Origin: Torpedo marmorata
Taxonomy: Eukaryota
Length of the DNA stretch: 64,000 nucleotides
Direction: 5' to 3'
Assembly: GCA_977017645.1 (NCBI GenBank)
Contig: OZ360233.1
Location: forward strand, 75,950,001 to 76,014,000
The notes under the pieces were generated by a model that worked only from the letters and a program-made list of their open reading frames with translations, made no database searches and had not been told where the DNA came from. Position 1 is the first letter of the stretch. Each line of letters starts with the position of its first letter. The position numbers and the translations under genes are program-made. Below are positions 1 to 13,703 of this stretch, piece by piece.

Positions 1-829
1 GTGGGAGAAAAAGAATGGTTGACGTTTTGAGCCAAAACCCTTAATTGAGACTCGAGTTTGACCTTGAAACGTCAATTATTCTTTTTCTCTCCTTCTCTTG
101 CTGAGTTCCTCCAGCAGACAGGTTTATAGTTACTCCCCTGTTGGGTTTTTAAATAACTATCGCTTTTGCGGACGACATTTTTCACTTAAATGAGGCACTG
201 ATGTTAGTAGTGGTGCTGCACCCTCACAGTCCAATTCACCCTATGTGGGCATTCTTCAGATCCTCCGGTTTCCCCCCACATCCCAAAGGTACGCAGGGAA
301 GTAGGTCAATCTGCCACGATATGTCGCTCCTCATGAATAGGTGAGTGGATTTGACCTGGGGGGAAGGGTGGAAGAGAGGGGGAGAGGGGTGAGGTTAGGG
401 CGGTGAGTTGAGAACGATCTGGGGAGAATGAAATAGGACCAGCGTCAGATTGGCGAAAGAGGCATTCCGAAGGAGATTGGGCAGTCACTGACTAGCAAGC
501 GGGTCAAACCCCTCCCCCCCCCCTCATCGATCCAAGTTACATGTCACTCACAATTGAGAAGAAATAGAATGAGGTTTAAAACAGAAGTAAAATGACATGG
601 TTAACATAGCAGTAGTTGCTAGGTAACAGTGACCTTGGATTTGTATTACCAAGTGGCTCACAGGGATGAAATGGAAGCAAAAGAACTGGAGGATCTAAGA
701 GAGAGTGGGTAGCAAATGAAAATCAGACTTTGTTTTAATAAGGAATTACCAGATTGTTTAGTTAAATATCTCCTCGCACAGCTGAACCCCTACCCTATTC
801 CTTTCATATCTCCACACTCCTCCGGTTGT

Positions 830-2135
830 CTCCTGGGCAGTTACTCCCCCTTCCTCCTCCCCCCACCTTTTTATTCAGCAGCTGCCTATCTTTTACTAAA
901 CCTGACCCGGACCGAAGCGTCGGTGACCCTTTATTTCCTACGGATGATGCGTGGCCTGCTGAGTTTCTCCAGCACGTTTGTATATCGCACTCGACCCAGC
1001 GTCTGCAGACTTTCTTGTTTTGCACCCCAGTCGCACCTTGTTAATCCTCCTCCTCCCCTCCCCCTCCTCCTCCCCCCTCCTCCTCCTCCCCCTGCCCCTC
1101 CTCCTCCCCCTGCCCCTCCTCCTCCCCCTGCCCCTCTTCCTCCCCTGCCCCTCCCCCTCCCCCTCCTCCTCCCTCTGCCCCTCCCCCTCCCCCTCCTCCT
1201 CCTCTTTCCAACTCCCATCTTACACCAAGTCCAGATTGGAGCTTGCTGTAGTAAAACACGAAGGTCTGCTGACACCGTGATTGAAGTAAAAGCACAATGC
1301 TGGTGAAGCTCAGCAGGTCACAGAGTGTAAAGTAAAACAAAGCTGCAGAAACTCAGCAGGTCAAAGTGTACTTTATATAACAAAGGTAAAAATACATAAC
1401 CGACGTTTCGGGCTTGAGCCCTTCATCAAGATATGGAAAAAATGTCGGCAGGCGTCCGAACAAAAGAGTAGAGGGGGAGGGGTGGTCACAAAGGCAGGAG
1501 GTGATAGGTGGAGAAGGGAGGGAGGGGACAGCAGCGATCAAGGGGAGGAGGGGTGGCTGGGTGAAGGGAGGGGGAAGAGAGGGAGGAGAACTGGAAAGGG
1601 GAAGGGAAGGAGGGAGGGGGAAGAGGAGAGCAGGTCAGCAGAAACCGGAAAGGTCGATGTCTGTAGACACCGTGGTTGAAGTAAAAACACAATGCTGGAG
1701 AAACTCAGCTGGTCAAACAGTGTCCTTTATATAGCAAAGATAAAGATACATAACCAACGTTTCGGGCTTGAGGTATGGACAAAATGTCAGCAGACGCCCA
1801 AACATAATGGTGGAGGTTGGGGGGGGGGGGGCAGGGGAGGAGCATGGTCCCAAAAGGCAGGAGGTAATAGGTGGTTAAGGGAGGGAGGGCACAGCAGCAA
1901 ACAGGGGGAGGAGAGATGGCTCTGTGAATGGAGAGGGAAGGGGGTGGAGAGCTGAAGGAAAGAAGACAGAGGGAAAGGGAAGTGAGGGAGAACGGAGAGT
2001 AGGCTAGCAGAAGCTGGAGAAGTTGATGTTAATGAGAAAATCTCATTTTGCTCATACCTTGATGAAGGGCTCAAGCCCGAAACATTATCTTTGTCTTTGC
2101 TATATAAAGTACCTGCTGAGTTTCTCCAACATTGA
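830..2135. mobile_element. Cluster of tandem and inverted Penelope-derived pseudo-LTR fragments
   Basis: Repeated AATGCTGGAGAAACTCAGCAGGTCA module and hammerhead-like motifs at ~1395-1435 (-) and ~2055-2085 (+). Confidence 0.75.
1045..1205. repeat. Polypyrimidine (CCT/CCCCT) low-complexity tract
   Basis: ~160 bp almost purely C/T; explains the poly-Pro and poly-Gly pseudo-ORFs. Confidence 0.9.
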
Positions 2136-2457
2136 GCGTGCTGTTCTGCATGATACCTTAGTCTGGCATTAGGTGGCTTTCAAAATGAGCATCCTCATTT
2201 TCAGATCTCAACTTTCCCTGTTACCTCTTCTTGCAAACAATCCCTTGAGATTTCTACATTCCTTCCTACTCGTTGACTCTCCCTGATTTTAATCTCTCCA
2301 CCACCAGTGGTTGCAGCTACAGACCATCTGGAATTACCCCCTATTCTCTCTGCTTCTGTGTTTAATTCACTTCTTCAAACCCACCTTGCTGACAGAGTTT
2401 TGTAATAAATGCTAAAATCTCCTCATGAGGCTGAGGGTCACACGTGGTTTCGGAAGG

Positions 2458-2625
2458 AAGTAAAACACGTAAGTCTGCAGACACCGTGGTTGAAGTAAAA
2501 ACACAATGCTGGAGAAACTCAGCAGGTCAGTGTACTTTATGTACACTGTAACAAAGATACATATCTTTGCTATATAAAGTACACTGTTTGACCTGCTGAA
2601 TTTCTCCAGCATTGTGTTTTTACAT
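2458..2625. mobile_element. Penelope-derived fold-back mini-element
   Basis: GTAAAAACACAATGCTGGAGAAACTCAGCAGGTCA ... TGACCTGCTGAATTTCTCCAGCATTGTGTTTTTAC inverted pair. Confidence 0.75.
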
Positions 2626-3184
2626 CAAACGTGGTTTGGTAATGTTTAAGCACCTTTATCATTTCACCATGTTGAAGATGTCTAAATCCTAGTTCCTCTT
2701 GCTATAATGAGATCAATGAAATTCCCCAAGACCTTCCCAGAGTCTATCTTTGCATTTGCAGTGAATCACACAAAATGTCAGAACTGAAGTGGAGTTCTCA
2801 GTCATCCCCACAGTTCAAGTAGCAAAAGACAAGCTTCTCTTTAACACCATTTACATACCAAATTGCTTCACAGCCATCTCATTACTTTTTGATGCATAGT
2901 TACTGTTGCCATGGAAACTAATAGGCCTAAAAATAAGTGCACATCAGTTCCTGCAGAATAGTTCTTGTACTTATTATCTAGGCTCACAGGTTTCCATTTC
3001 TCCAAAATGACCTTGTAAGGTTGTTCCATGTATACATAACATTGTGGCAGGGTGGTTTTGTTTGCCCTGCTTCACGTAGCTATTAGCTTCAGACCTATCT
3101 TGTACGTTCAATTGTGGAATTGGATTTGCAATTGAAGGAAAATAATTCTCTCACCAAATAAAAAACACAGCAAGGGTTTAATGG

Positions 3185-3752
3185 GAGTAAAGCACGAAAG
3201 TCTGCTTTCGTGATCGAAGTAAAAACACAATGCTGGAGAAACTCAGCAGGTCAAACACTGTAGTTTATATAGCAAAGATAAAGAAACATAATCAATGTTT
3301 CAGGCTTGAGCCCTTCATCAAGGTATGAGCAAAATGTAGGCAGGCGTCTGAACAAAATGGTGGGGGGGAGGGGGAGGGGCAGGGGGAGGAGCACAGTCCC
3401 ACAGGCGGGAGGTAATAGGTGGATAAGGGAGGGAGGGCACACCAGCAAACGGGGGCGGAGGGGGATGGCTCTGTGAATGGAGAGGGAAGGGGTTGAAGAG
3501 CTGAAGGAAAAGAGACAGAGGGATGGGGAAGAGAGGGAGAACGGGGAATAGGCTATCAGAAACCAGAGAAGTCAATGTTAATGCCATCCGGTTGGAGAGC
3601 GCCCAGACGGAAAATTAGGTGTTGCTCCTCCAATTTATGGGTGGTCTTGGTTTGACAGTACATGAGACCATGGACAGACATGTTAGTATGGGAGTGGGGC
3701 GCAGAATTGAAATGGTTGGCCACTGGGAGATCCCTGTCACTGATGTGGACAG
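3185..3752 (-). mobile_element. Penelope-derived fragment
   Basis: DLPVANHFN...EEQHLIFRLGALQPDGINIDF plus pseudo-LTR. Confidence 0.8.
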
Positions 3753-5206
3753 AGTGATGGGCCAAATGGCCTCGTTCTGTCTTGCAACAAATATGTACTT
3801 AATTCCATACAGCAACTTGTTTAAACGCAGCAACAACATTCCATCCACCTGAGAGCAGTAAGTGCCACAGCCAGTCCCAAGCCAATGCCGGCATCACTGA
3901 AGCTGTGCTGTATTGGAAGTGCCATGCTGGGTTCTGAGCCCATTCCGGTTTGAACAATGACTTACATTCTCAGTGGTATGAATGCAGCCCAATAAGCTAC
4001 AACCACCAGCAATGTAAACTCTTGAATATAAAACACTGAATAATTTAAGGAATAAGCCCCCCCATGCTCATGCTTACAACACCGTTGAAATAGGCTGGTT
4101 GAAACAATTCTTCAAAAGCCTTTGGATCTCTTAATCATTCTCAGTTTCAAGGCAAATAGGAAGGATAATGCATTAAATATTGCACTGCAAAAGCTCTCTT
4201 CCATCGTCCTGAGCATTATTGGGCGAGAAAACATCTAGAAATCCATAAACAACCAGAAACCTCAACCATGAGGTGGTGACTAGAACCACAGTTCTTGTTC
4301 AACAATTTTCTCTGTGGGCTATCTTCAGTAGATAACCATCTCAGTTTAAGCAGAAAGAGAAATTACCAATACATAAAAGAATCATTAACAAAACCGTGAA
4401 CAACTGATCACTTTTACCTTTGTTTTATGCATTCTTTCACCCTGCCAAGAGTGAGGAGGATGGGTGATATTTTCTCCTCATCAGGCAATGGTGAAGAGTT
4501 CCAGAAATGGAATGGGAAATATTTCAATATATGTAGGCCAATCTGGGTTTTGGCTCAGTGTGATTAGAATGTAGCTTCCTCCATTCTGCACAAAGCTCTC
4601 AACACTGCCCTCTCCTGCACACATGTGGCATTTTTACTCCAATGGGGAAAAGGCTCTTGCAGTACCCAATCTCAAAGAAATGCAGTCAGTGTTATAATAT
4701 TGAACATTACAGCACAGTACAGGCCCTTCAACCTAGGTTGTGCTGACCTATGTAAACCTACTCCACAACAGTCTGATTTTTCTCTACCTCACAACTATAA
4801 CCCTCGATTTTTCTTGCATCCATGTTCCTATCGAAGAATGTCCCTATTGTACCAGCATCCATCACCACCCCCGTCAATGCATTGCAGGCACCCACCAATC
4901 TCTGTGTAAAAAGCTTACCTCTGATATCTCCCCTAAACTTTCCTCCACTCACCTTAAACAGATGTCCTCCGGTATTTGCGATTGTTACCCCAGGAAAAAG
5001 GTGCTGGCTGTCCACCCTGTCTAAGCCCCTCATAAACTAAAACAGTAAAACCCCTCCCCCCTCACTCTTTTGCACGGACGCCTGCCGACATTTTTCCCTA
5101 CCTTGGTGAACGGCTCAAGCCCGAAACGTCGGTTATGTATTTTTACCTTTGCTATGTAAAGTACACTGTTTGACCTGCTGAGTTTCTCCAGCATTGTGTG
5201 TTTTTA

Positions 5207-5433
5207 CAGTAAAAGCCCTGGTATCTGGCACCTATGGGGAATGGTAGATGCCGGATAAGGAAATTTGCTGGTTGCTTGAGATTGCATGTTACGTGATTGG
5301 CAAACTAACCACTAGGGGGCGCCAATTTTAAACTTTCATATTTTTAACCTATTTATTTTCCGCAAGTTTTTTTGCCGGTTGCTTGAGAGAATGCTTGAGG
5401 CTGCCGGTTGCTTGAATAACAGGGATTTTACTG
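5207..5433. mobile_element. Tigger/pogo-like MITE (copies also at ~12310-12524 and ~53817-54027)
   Basis: TIRs CAGTAAAA.CCC...GGGATTTTACTG with TA flanks; three similar copies in the window. Confidence 0.75.
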
Positions 5434-7750
5434 TACAATCTTATATTGCACGATAACTAAACCTGGCAGACAACCTGTGCAGAATAAGGTTCCAAAACAA
5501 AGGGATAAAGTCCTGATTGCTTTTTAAAAAAAATAAAAGTGTTGTTGTTTGAGAAGTGAATATTGACCAGGAGGTACTTTCCTCACCGTTGTTTGAAAAA
5601 TTGTCATGGGATCATTTATGACCATCTGAGACGCCAATGCTGGCATCCTCAACATTTTTCTCAGACAGCAAATGCAGTGACACTTTTTATCAGGCCACAT
5701 AGACCGAAACCTGTTCAGAACCACTGTCCCGATAAAGCCACTTTTTTTTAAAGTCACCGCTACTCTGGCTAAGTTTCTTGTTCTTATTTTTGATGTCTTA
5801 CGTTATAATAAAGGGAACGGATTTATTTTGAAACACCAAGCTTCAACATTGGACTACTGACAATGAAAGGTCAATCATAAGGCTTTAACTTTTGGCTTCC
5901 TTCTAATTCGTCACATGAATGAAATTGCTTTCTTGGCCCATTACACCACTTCACAGTGCACAAATACAACATTTTCTTATTTTTGCTAAAGTGTTCTCAA
6001 TGGTCGGGTAGGTACATCAGACCATTCCTGGGTCAGGTACAAAACATGTTATGTGCAGATTAAAGCTCTGTCTCAATAATATGACCCAATGCTCAGAACA
6101 CCATTACAAATTAGTGTGTCAGTTTTTTTTTGTCCCTTGTTAGAAATCCTTGAGATAAATTTATGTGTTTGCAGTTTTTGCATTTACCAACTGGACCCAT
6201 TTTAATTCGCACACCAGGGAAAATTCACCAAACTTACATGAGACAATATTGGATTCCAGCTTGGGCCCAAAATGTAAAAGGATAATATTCCAACAAAGTA
6301 CACCACTCAGATCACAGAAAACAGTATACAACTACACAACCCATGTCCCTGTAAGTGTAGTTTCACTGATTGATTGCATTTGAATTTTCTCCCTGTTTCA
6401 AACATTGACCAGAAAAATTAGTCCACAAATAATGAAGCTTAAGGGGTTGAACTCTGTGTGACATCAGTGACTAAAAACAAGGCTCCTTGGTGACACCAGA
6501 GAAGTTGGGATTGTTCGCTTTGGATTGGAGAACATAAAGGGGAGACTCGCGAGAGGAGTGGCAGAGATAGTGAGATTTTAAAAAAAGGTTATAAGAGCAA
6601 GAGGCATAGAATGGAGAGTAGGCTATTCAGCTGCTTTCGACAGCTCTGCCATTCAATGAAATCATAGCTGATCTTTTTCATTGGCTCTACTTTGCCACTT
6701 TGTTGCATACTCCTCGACTTCCTTAATATGCAGAAACCTATAAATCTGTGACTTGAGTATATTCAGTGGCCAAGTCCCCATAACCATCCTGCCAAGAGAA
6801 TTGCAAGATTTGCTACTCTCAGGTTAAGAATTGTTTTGTTTCAAGAAATATCAAGAACATTTCAAGAAATTTCTTAAATGTAAAAATCCTTATTCTGAAG
6901 TTGCAACCCCTAGTTCTATGCACCCAGATCAGGAAGCACGATCCCTGAATGTATTACCTCAAACCCTGGTGGGAGAATGCCTCTCAATTCTTCTCAACTC
7001 TAGAGAGTATAACGACAGCAAGCATAATCTTTCTTGAAACAATTTCTCCACCACAATCAATATGCTAAAACTCTGCAGTCCCCAAGTTATGCAAGGTTCA
7101 CTTCCTGAGAACTGTCTGCAAGCCAATTTCTCCATAAGTCAGAAACATGCTTTCTATTGTTACCCCTATCTTATCGCTCTACATGCATTTACTATAATAC
7201 TTCAATTTCAAGATTCAAGATTATTTTTTTCATTGAATAATCAGCCTAATGCTACCTGTAGTTAAACTAATGGAATATATGCATTAGCCTGTCATTAATG
7301 AAAACCATGGATCGTTTTATCATTGATATTACTGGCTTGAAAAAATGCTTTAAAAATGTATGGGAGAATTTTTGTAATGTCAGAATTCCATAAGGTCATT
7401 TATGGAATATACTGAATATACTTCCTTAGAAAGTGAGACCAGACTGTAGTTATAGTGTGGTTTGGAAACTCTGAATAATTTCACTAGTCTCTTGGCAAGT
7501 TGGCACAGTTGCAATAGATGAAAAACTTCTATTTGTGACATGATTGTGCAAAAAATAAATTGGTGCAAATAGTTGGCTTTTAAACGGGACAGAAAGAAAA
7601 AGTGAACTGAAATGGCTGAGGGATGGGACTAATTTGATAGATCTCTCAAAAGTCACTCATGCACAGGTCACCTCCTTTATCAATGTGACTGTGCTAAAAG
7701 AATGGCCAACAGAAATTTGTGTAAATCAATCCAACTCCAATGTCACAGAG

Positions 7751-7756
7751 TTTAAT
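7751..7756 (-). terminator. Candidate distal ELK4 polyadenylation signal (ATTAAA)
   Basis: End of a repeat-poor AT-rich stretch, with a Pumilio-type TGTACATA about 100 nt upstream (7852-7859, minus). No transcript evidence. Confidence 0.25.
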
Positions 7757-10524
7757 TTCAACCCTTATGTTCCATATGTGGCAGAGGTGTGAATGTATTT
7801 TAAAATTAAACGTATAACACCTTTACATTAACTATGCAGTTAAACAGCATCTATGTACAGAATTCCACAAATCACCAGTCAATCTGAAGGTATAAAGAAT
7901 CAATAACTGTAGTGCCAACATGCTCCAATTGCTAAAAGCCCAAAGACTGGTTTCCAGTCAATGGATGTTAATCCATATTGAGTAAGCCCTGTTCAGTTAC
8001 ATAGATGTAATAATACATGGCTCTTTACATATTTTAGATAAAAATCAATAAACATGAACATTTTTTAAGACATCCCTTTTGAAATCCAAATACCACAGAA
8101 ATCTTGTACAAGAATGTTCCTGTAGACACGCCAGTGTCTCACAACCATTTCAGCTTATCTCTCAATTACCGTATATTAAAAGAAAAATAAACCATCCAAA
8201 GTACTCTCTTTCCAGGTTTAAGGCTATTGAAAGTCACCCACCTTTGGCCAAGAAGATGCCCAGTCTTGCAAATGATACCGCTTCAGTACTGTTGGGAAGG
8301 ATGGTGCCAGTTCTTGCAGTGGATTGTTTCTTTACTATTTAAGAGGAATCCTGCTCAGATTAAAGGAAACCCAACTCTTCATGGGCACATCCCAGAGGTT
8401 TTATCCCCACCTCTGGACAGCTGTGTTCAGTGAGACAGCCCTTTTTTTTCCCAAAATCTTTCCAATAGTTTTGAAACTAAAATAAGTCTGCAAATGAAAT
8501 GCAAAAAAAAAAGACACTGATTTTTTTTAAACCACCTCAATTATTTCTTTTCCTTTTACATCATTCACAGCTGTATCTAGGAGATAAATCATTAACTCAT
8601 GGTGATTCCCATTCGATCCTAGAGATTTGGCACGCTTTCTCTGAGTCACTGCCGCAGTGACACTCTCAAATTTCATTGCACCAATATTCAGTTTAACTAC
8701 CAATTTCATAGCAATCTCATCCCATTCTACATTCAACAGTACCTTCTCAAGGTTCTCGGTTCAAACACAACCTTCACAAGGTTCTTGATTCAGATAAAAC
8801 GTTCACAAGGCTCTCGGTAATAGATCGTGGCTAATTCCACAACCTTTTCTCAATTTTTTGGCTTTAGCAGTATTCTCTTTCTTTCCTTTCTGGTTGTTTC
8901 AGCACCAATATCCTGTCCGGTTTTTGAATAAATGTTTAATATAAATTCTTAGAAAGTAAACCAGACACCAATAAAGTCTTCTTTTACAACTATTTTTCCT
9001 CCATTTATTCCTGAATCTTCTGCTCTGAAGTTGCTTGTTCTGAAATATTTCAATTAACGCTCACTGTAAGAAATGAAAATGTGTTGTTGATGTCTCATTC
9101 AGAATCATGACACCTTTGTGCGGTTTTGAAAATGGTACACATGGAATCCCAAGTGGTTAATTTCACAGCTCTCCAATGTTTTCTGTTACTTCTGTGCTGC
9201 AGTATTAGAAGAGATCTCAGTCCCAACATCCACAGAATCAGGAAGAGCATTATTTAATCTTACCAATTGCCATAGAAATAGAATTGAATTTTACAAACCA
9301 ACTGCAAAACGTTGGCTCACATTCTGTGCACGTCTATGGCATTTGGAATAGTTATTTGTAACAAGAGGTTCTTGGCTGCCCATTTCAGCTCAAGGGAAGT
9401 CTAGGAAAAGCTTCAACTTCCAGTAGGTTTGACTCATGGTATTTCAGCTCTACCAGCTCATTTCACTCCTTAGTTCATTGATTCATGGTTGACCACCTTC
9501 GCAGTTCCAACGTCCTGATTCCATGCATCCTCAGCCAGCCAGCTAGCTCTCTTGCATGCATTCAATTAGTGAGTGGTAAAGGGGCATTCAACCAAATAAA
9601 TCCAATCACTCCTTTAGTGTATGATTCATTGCAATCGATGCAATCAGTAGGTGCTGAAACACCAAAGTCCGCAGACGCTGTGATTGTAGTAAAAACACAA
9701 AAATGCTGGAGGAACTCAGCAGGTCTCGCAGCGTCCATAGGAGGTAAAGATATATCACCAACGTTTTGGGCCTGAGCCCTTCGTCAAGGTAACAAAGGTG
9801 CTTCTTATTCGCAAAATTGGTTGGATTAAAAATTGTTATCAATTGCTGCCACAGTTAGTCTGATGTCCTCGTGTCCCAACTGCATCCACTCAATTCCGAT
9901 TTCAGAATCTTTTGCTTTAATTGGACTGTTTAACACCTTCCATTTGGATGATGTCTTCTTTGATGCAGAGCTCAAAAGTGCTTTTACATGGTTGTTACTT
10001 TGTGAAGTGCAGCCCCAGCAGTTTTGTGAATTGATGAGCAAACTGTTCTGCAACAGTGGTCTCTCACAAGGAGCAATGAGACAAACAGCTTGTTTGTTAT
10101 TTTAGCTTCTGCTTTGTGAGGGAGGAATGTTGGCCAAGGGACTGCGGCCACTCCATGCACTTCTTCACATTGTACCAATGGGACCTTTTCTATTCATTTG
10201 AATCCAAGAGTTGGACAGGAGCTTGGTTCAACATTCCTATCCATAACATGGTGACACTGCCAAAACAAACAAGGGCCAAGCACCATCCTTCAAGGATTGT
10301 TTTAGATTTAGGTCGAGCGGAACCAGTCTTAGTCAGATAGTTTGGGGCCACTTGAAGTTGGGCCATTGGGATGATATATGTCCTCTACCGTAGATTATTC
10401 TCCTCTTGGACAGCAATGAGGCTAGGCTTCAGAAAAGCATCATTCAGTGCCTTAATTGATAAAATATCATTAATACATTTGATTAATTAATCCCCTTTTG
10501 CTCCTTTTAACACAACCATATATC

Positions 10525-11672
10525 TACCTTTGGTTTAACCATCATCATTGGTTAAATTTAGGTATCCAATCCTTTTTAGATATTTTTACTGACCAAAATC
10601 TTGCTTCTTTTGAACAATTATCCACCAAATTTACAATACCTAGACATCATTTTTTTCGCTATTTACAGGTTAGGAGCTTTTTAAATTCTTTAATTTTGAA
10701 GCTCCCTAAAGACCTAGAACCTAATATGATAGGGATGATTTATAATTTTCAACCTAATTATAAAGGGGTGGTATCTGGCCTTTATGAATTACTTTTAAAT
10801 TCTAAGGATAATCCCCTGGACAGAATTAAAAAACTATGGGAACAAGACTTTCAACAGTCATTTTCTGAAACTACATGGAATTCTATTCTGAATCGAGTGC
10901 ATTCATCCTCTCTTTGCGCGAGACACTCATTATTACAATTTAAAATAGTACACCGAGCCCACTATTCCAAAGTTCAATTTGCTAAATTCTATTCTAATAT
11001 CTCTTCTAAATGTGATAAATGTATAACTGAAGAAGGTACACTGTATCATATGTTCTGGTTATGTTCTTCTCTTTCCAATTTTTGGGAAGGGGTATTTCGT
11101 ACCTTGTCTTTAGTTCTTAATATTAATTTGACTCCAAATCCTTTTATTGCTCTCTTTGGAATAAGCGGGCCAACTGGTTTAATTCTGGCTGCTTCACAAT
11201 CCCATGTAGTTGCCCTCGCCTCCCTTATCGCAAGAAGGGCCATTTTAATGAGATGGAAAGATGCTGTCCCTCCCACTCATAATCAATGGTTGTTCGATAT
11301 GATGGCATGTTTGACTTTGGAAAAAATTAGATGTTCCACTACTGAAATGAATCTTAACTTTGTTTCTTTATGGGGTTCTTTTCTTCATTACTTTCAAAAT
11401 TTGTAAGATTAACTAGTTTTTGGTTTTTGAACCCAATGTTTTCCTTCCTTTTTTTTATTATTAGTAGTGGACTGTTTGTGTTAAGCCAGTAGCCTCCGAA
11501 GGGAGGGGATTGATATTTAGATAATTAGTATAGTGTTTTTCTTTTTCTTTTTAATGTAACATAGGTTTCAATACTATTTGTATTGTTATACGAGATTTGT
11601 TAATACTTTATTTTATTTTCATGTACCTATGTAACTTTTATTTGATAAAACGAATAAAAATATCGAAAAAGA
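10525..11672 (+). mobile_element. 5'-truncated L1-clade LINE (ORF2 C-terminus)
   Basis: FFRYLQVR, LQFKIVHR, CDKC..H...C motifs; AATAAA and A-tail; 16-bp TSD AACACAACCATATATC at 10509-10524 and 11673-11688; TTTT/AA target. Confidence 0.92.
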
Positions 11673-13604
11673 AACACAACCATATATCCAGTACACTGAC
11701 GTGAACCAGTTCGGATTCACTTTATGGAGGGAAGGAGAGTTTGGATTTACCCCAGCATTGAAAGTTTGAATTCATTCTCTGCTTGGTAGGGTTCGTAGCA
11801 TGTGCACCCAACTCTCAATAAACCTTTCCTGGCAATTGCCCCACAGTCTGTGGACAAATATTACTGCACATGAGGAGGTATCACCCACCCAGGGTCAAAT
11901 ATAGTGACAAGAACTGCTTTGAAGAGTGATTGTTCAAAAAAAGGCTTCAAAGTTTCACATTGTTGAATCTGTCTTGAGGAAGGGCAGAGCAGGGATCAGC
12001 ATAAAAGCAAGGGATAAAATAGAGATGCACAAAGGAGAGAGAGAGAGACGGAGAGTCAAGACACTGGGCATGGAGGATAAATGAACTGATGGACAGGAGA
12101 TGGAGCGACCAACCCATTGTCAGAGTGGAAGATGGAGGAAGAGGCACATCAAATCACAGGGGAGAAACGGAACAAAATACTGTCGATATTCAGAAATTAA
12201 AATAAAATATGGGGAATGCCGAAAATACTCAACAAGTCAACATCTATATAGAGAGAGGGACAGATCAAAGACTGACCTAAAAGATCACTGATTTGTAAAA
12301 AAAAAGTACGGTAAAACCCCCGGTATCTGGCACCTCTGGGGATTGGTAGATGCCGGATAAGTGAGGATTGCTTGAGATTGCATGTTGCGTGGTTTGGCAA
12401 ACTGACCGCTAGGGGGCGCAAATTTTAACTTTCATATTTTTTACCTATTTATTTTCCTCAATTTTTTTTGCCGGTTGCTTGAGGCTGCCGGCCACTTGAA
12501 TTCCAGATAATGGGGATTTTACTGTGCTTGTTTTTACTCTCTCTCTCTCTCTCTCACATTATCTTTCTCTCTCTCTCTCTACCTGTTGAATATCTCCAAC
12601 ACTTTCTGCTTTTATTGCATGTAATTAAAGCTGTTGATAGAAACTTGGCATGATATTCTGCTTTTCAAATCTGCCCGGTCTACAGTGCCACCTTCTGTGG
12701 GTTATTGGGCAAATGGGTTTCTCCAGCCTTGCGCAGCAAGTTTAGCCATCTGCTCCAGAGTGCCATTCATGAATTAGCAAGTGATCCTGCTCACGGCATG
12801 CCCTGAGGCGAGGAGCAGAAGGAGCTCAGCGTGTAGTGGTACCATCCGTCAAGTGTTCTATGGAGACTCCAGACAGGGATCAGTTTGCCACCTCAAACTC
12901 TTAAAGGCATGGGGTCCAAACAACAAGGACCAGACTGATCTGTAGAAGGGGGCTGCAGCAATGATATGTGGTTGAGCGTATGCCCAGTCTCCTGAAGTCA
13001 TTGTGTGACCAAGACTGTTTGAGCTTTAAGCACTGATATTCAGTGAGGGAGCTGCAAGTCTGATATAAACTGCTTCTTGTCTTCCAGTTATCCACAACCT
13101 TCCTCCCTGAAACCCATTAATCAGCGAGCTAATGGAAGTTAAAATCAGCAACACATTTAAGTGTAGGTCACTGGATCCTTGGAGATAAATTCCTCAAACT
13201 TGCATGTGAGGTCTGTGCAGGAGCTTTAAAAAAAAGTTAAAGGAACTTGGCACAAATATAGTGTCATTGAAATCTTGAGATATCGAAAAGTTGTCCACCT
13301 CCTATCATTTGCATTGATAAGTCATTAAACAATGTCACTGTTGTTCAAATAAGTGGAATCAGTCAAATAAGTGGATTCCAAATCAAATTCAAAAAGAAGT
13401 AACCCAAGATATTGATGTTGCCTGGGTTACATCAGCATCCGGCACTGTGCTGGGGGTAAGGTACACCCCTGAGATCACTTTATCCAGAAAGGAACTCTCA
13501 AAGATTACAGGCATTTCAATTTAAATTGGCATCTCACTGTCTTTTGGGTAGGGGATCCTTTTGTAGCCTTGTCAGAGTGGATTGTTGAGTCGTGACCCTC
13601 CTGA

Positions 13605-13703
13605 TTAGGCCTTTTGAAGGTCTGGAGACAGGGAGGCAGGAGTTGAAGATCCATCCACACTCGAGAATGGAATCTGCATGTGGCTGTTGGCTATATTAGG
13701 AAA
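13605..13703 (-). CDS. ELK4: ELK4 last coding exon
   Basis: Manual translation FPNIANSHMQIPFSSVDGSSTPASLSPDLQKA*. Acceptor ttttttcttttag|TTT. Completes the FQFP (FxFP) ERK docking motif across the junction; SPDLQK terminus is typical of ELK4. Confidence 0.93.
   Translation of the reverse strand, partial: FPNIANSHMQIPFSSVDGSSTPASLSPDLQKA

Noticed and set aside
716-1340. Proline-rich and glycine-rich ORFs
   Set aside because: Artefacts of a C/T low-complexity tract between Penelope fragments.
8527-8736. Short ORF as an exon of a neighbouring gene
   Set aside because: No recognisable homology, and the surrounding sequence has stops in all frames; it looks like UTR.
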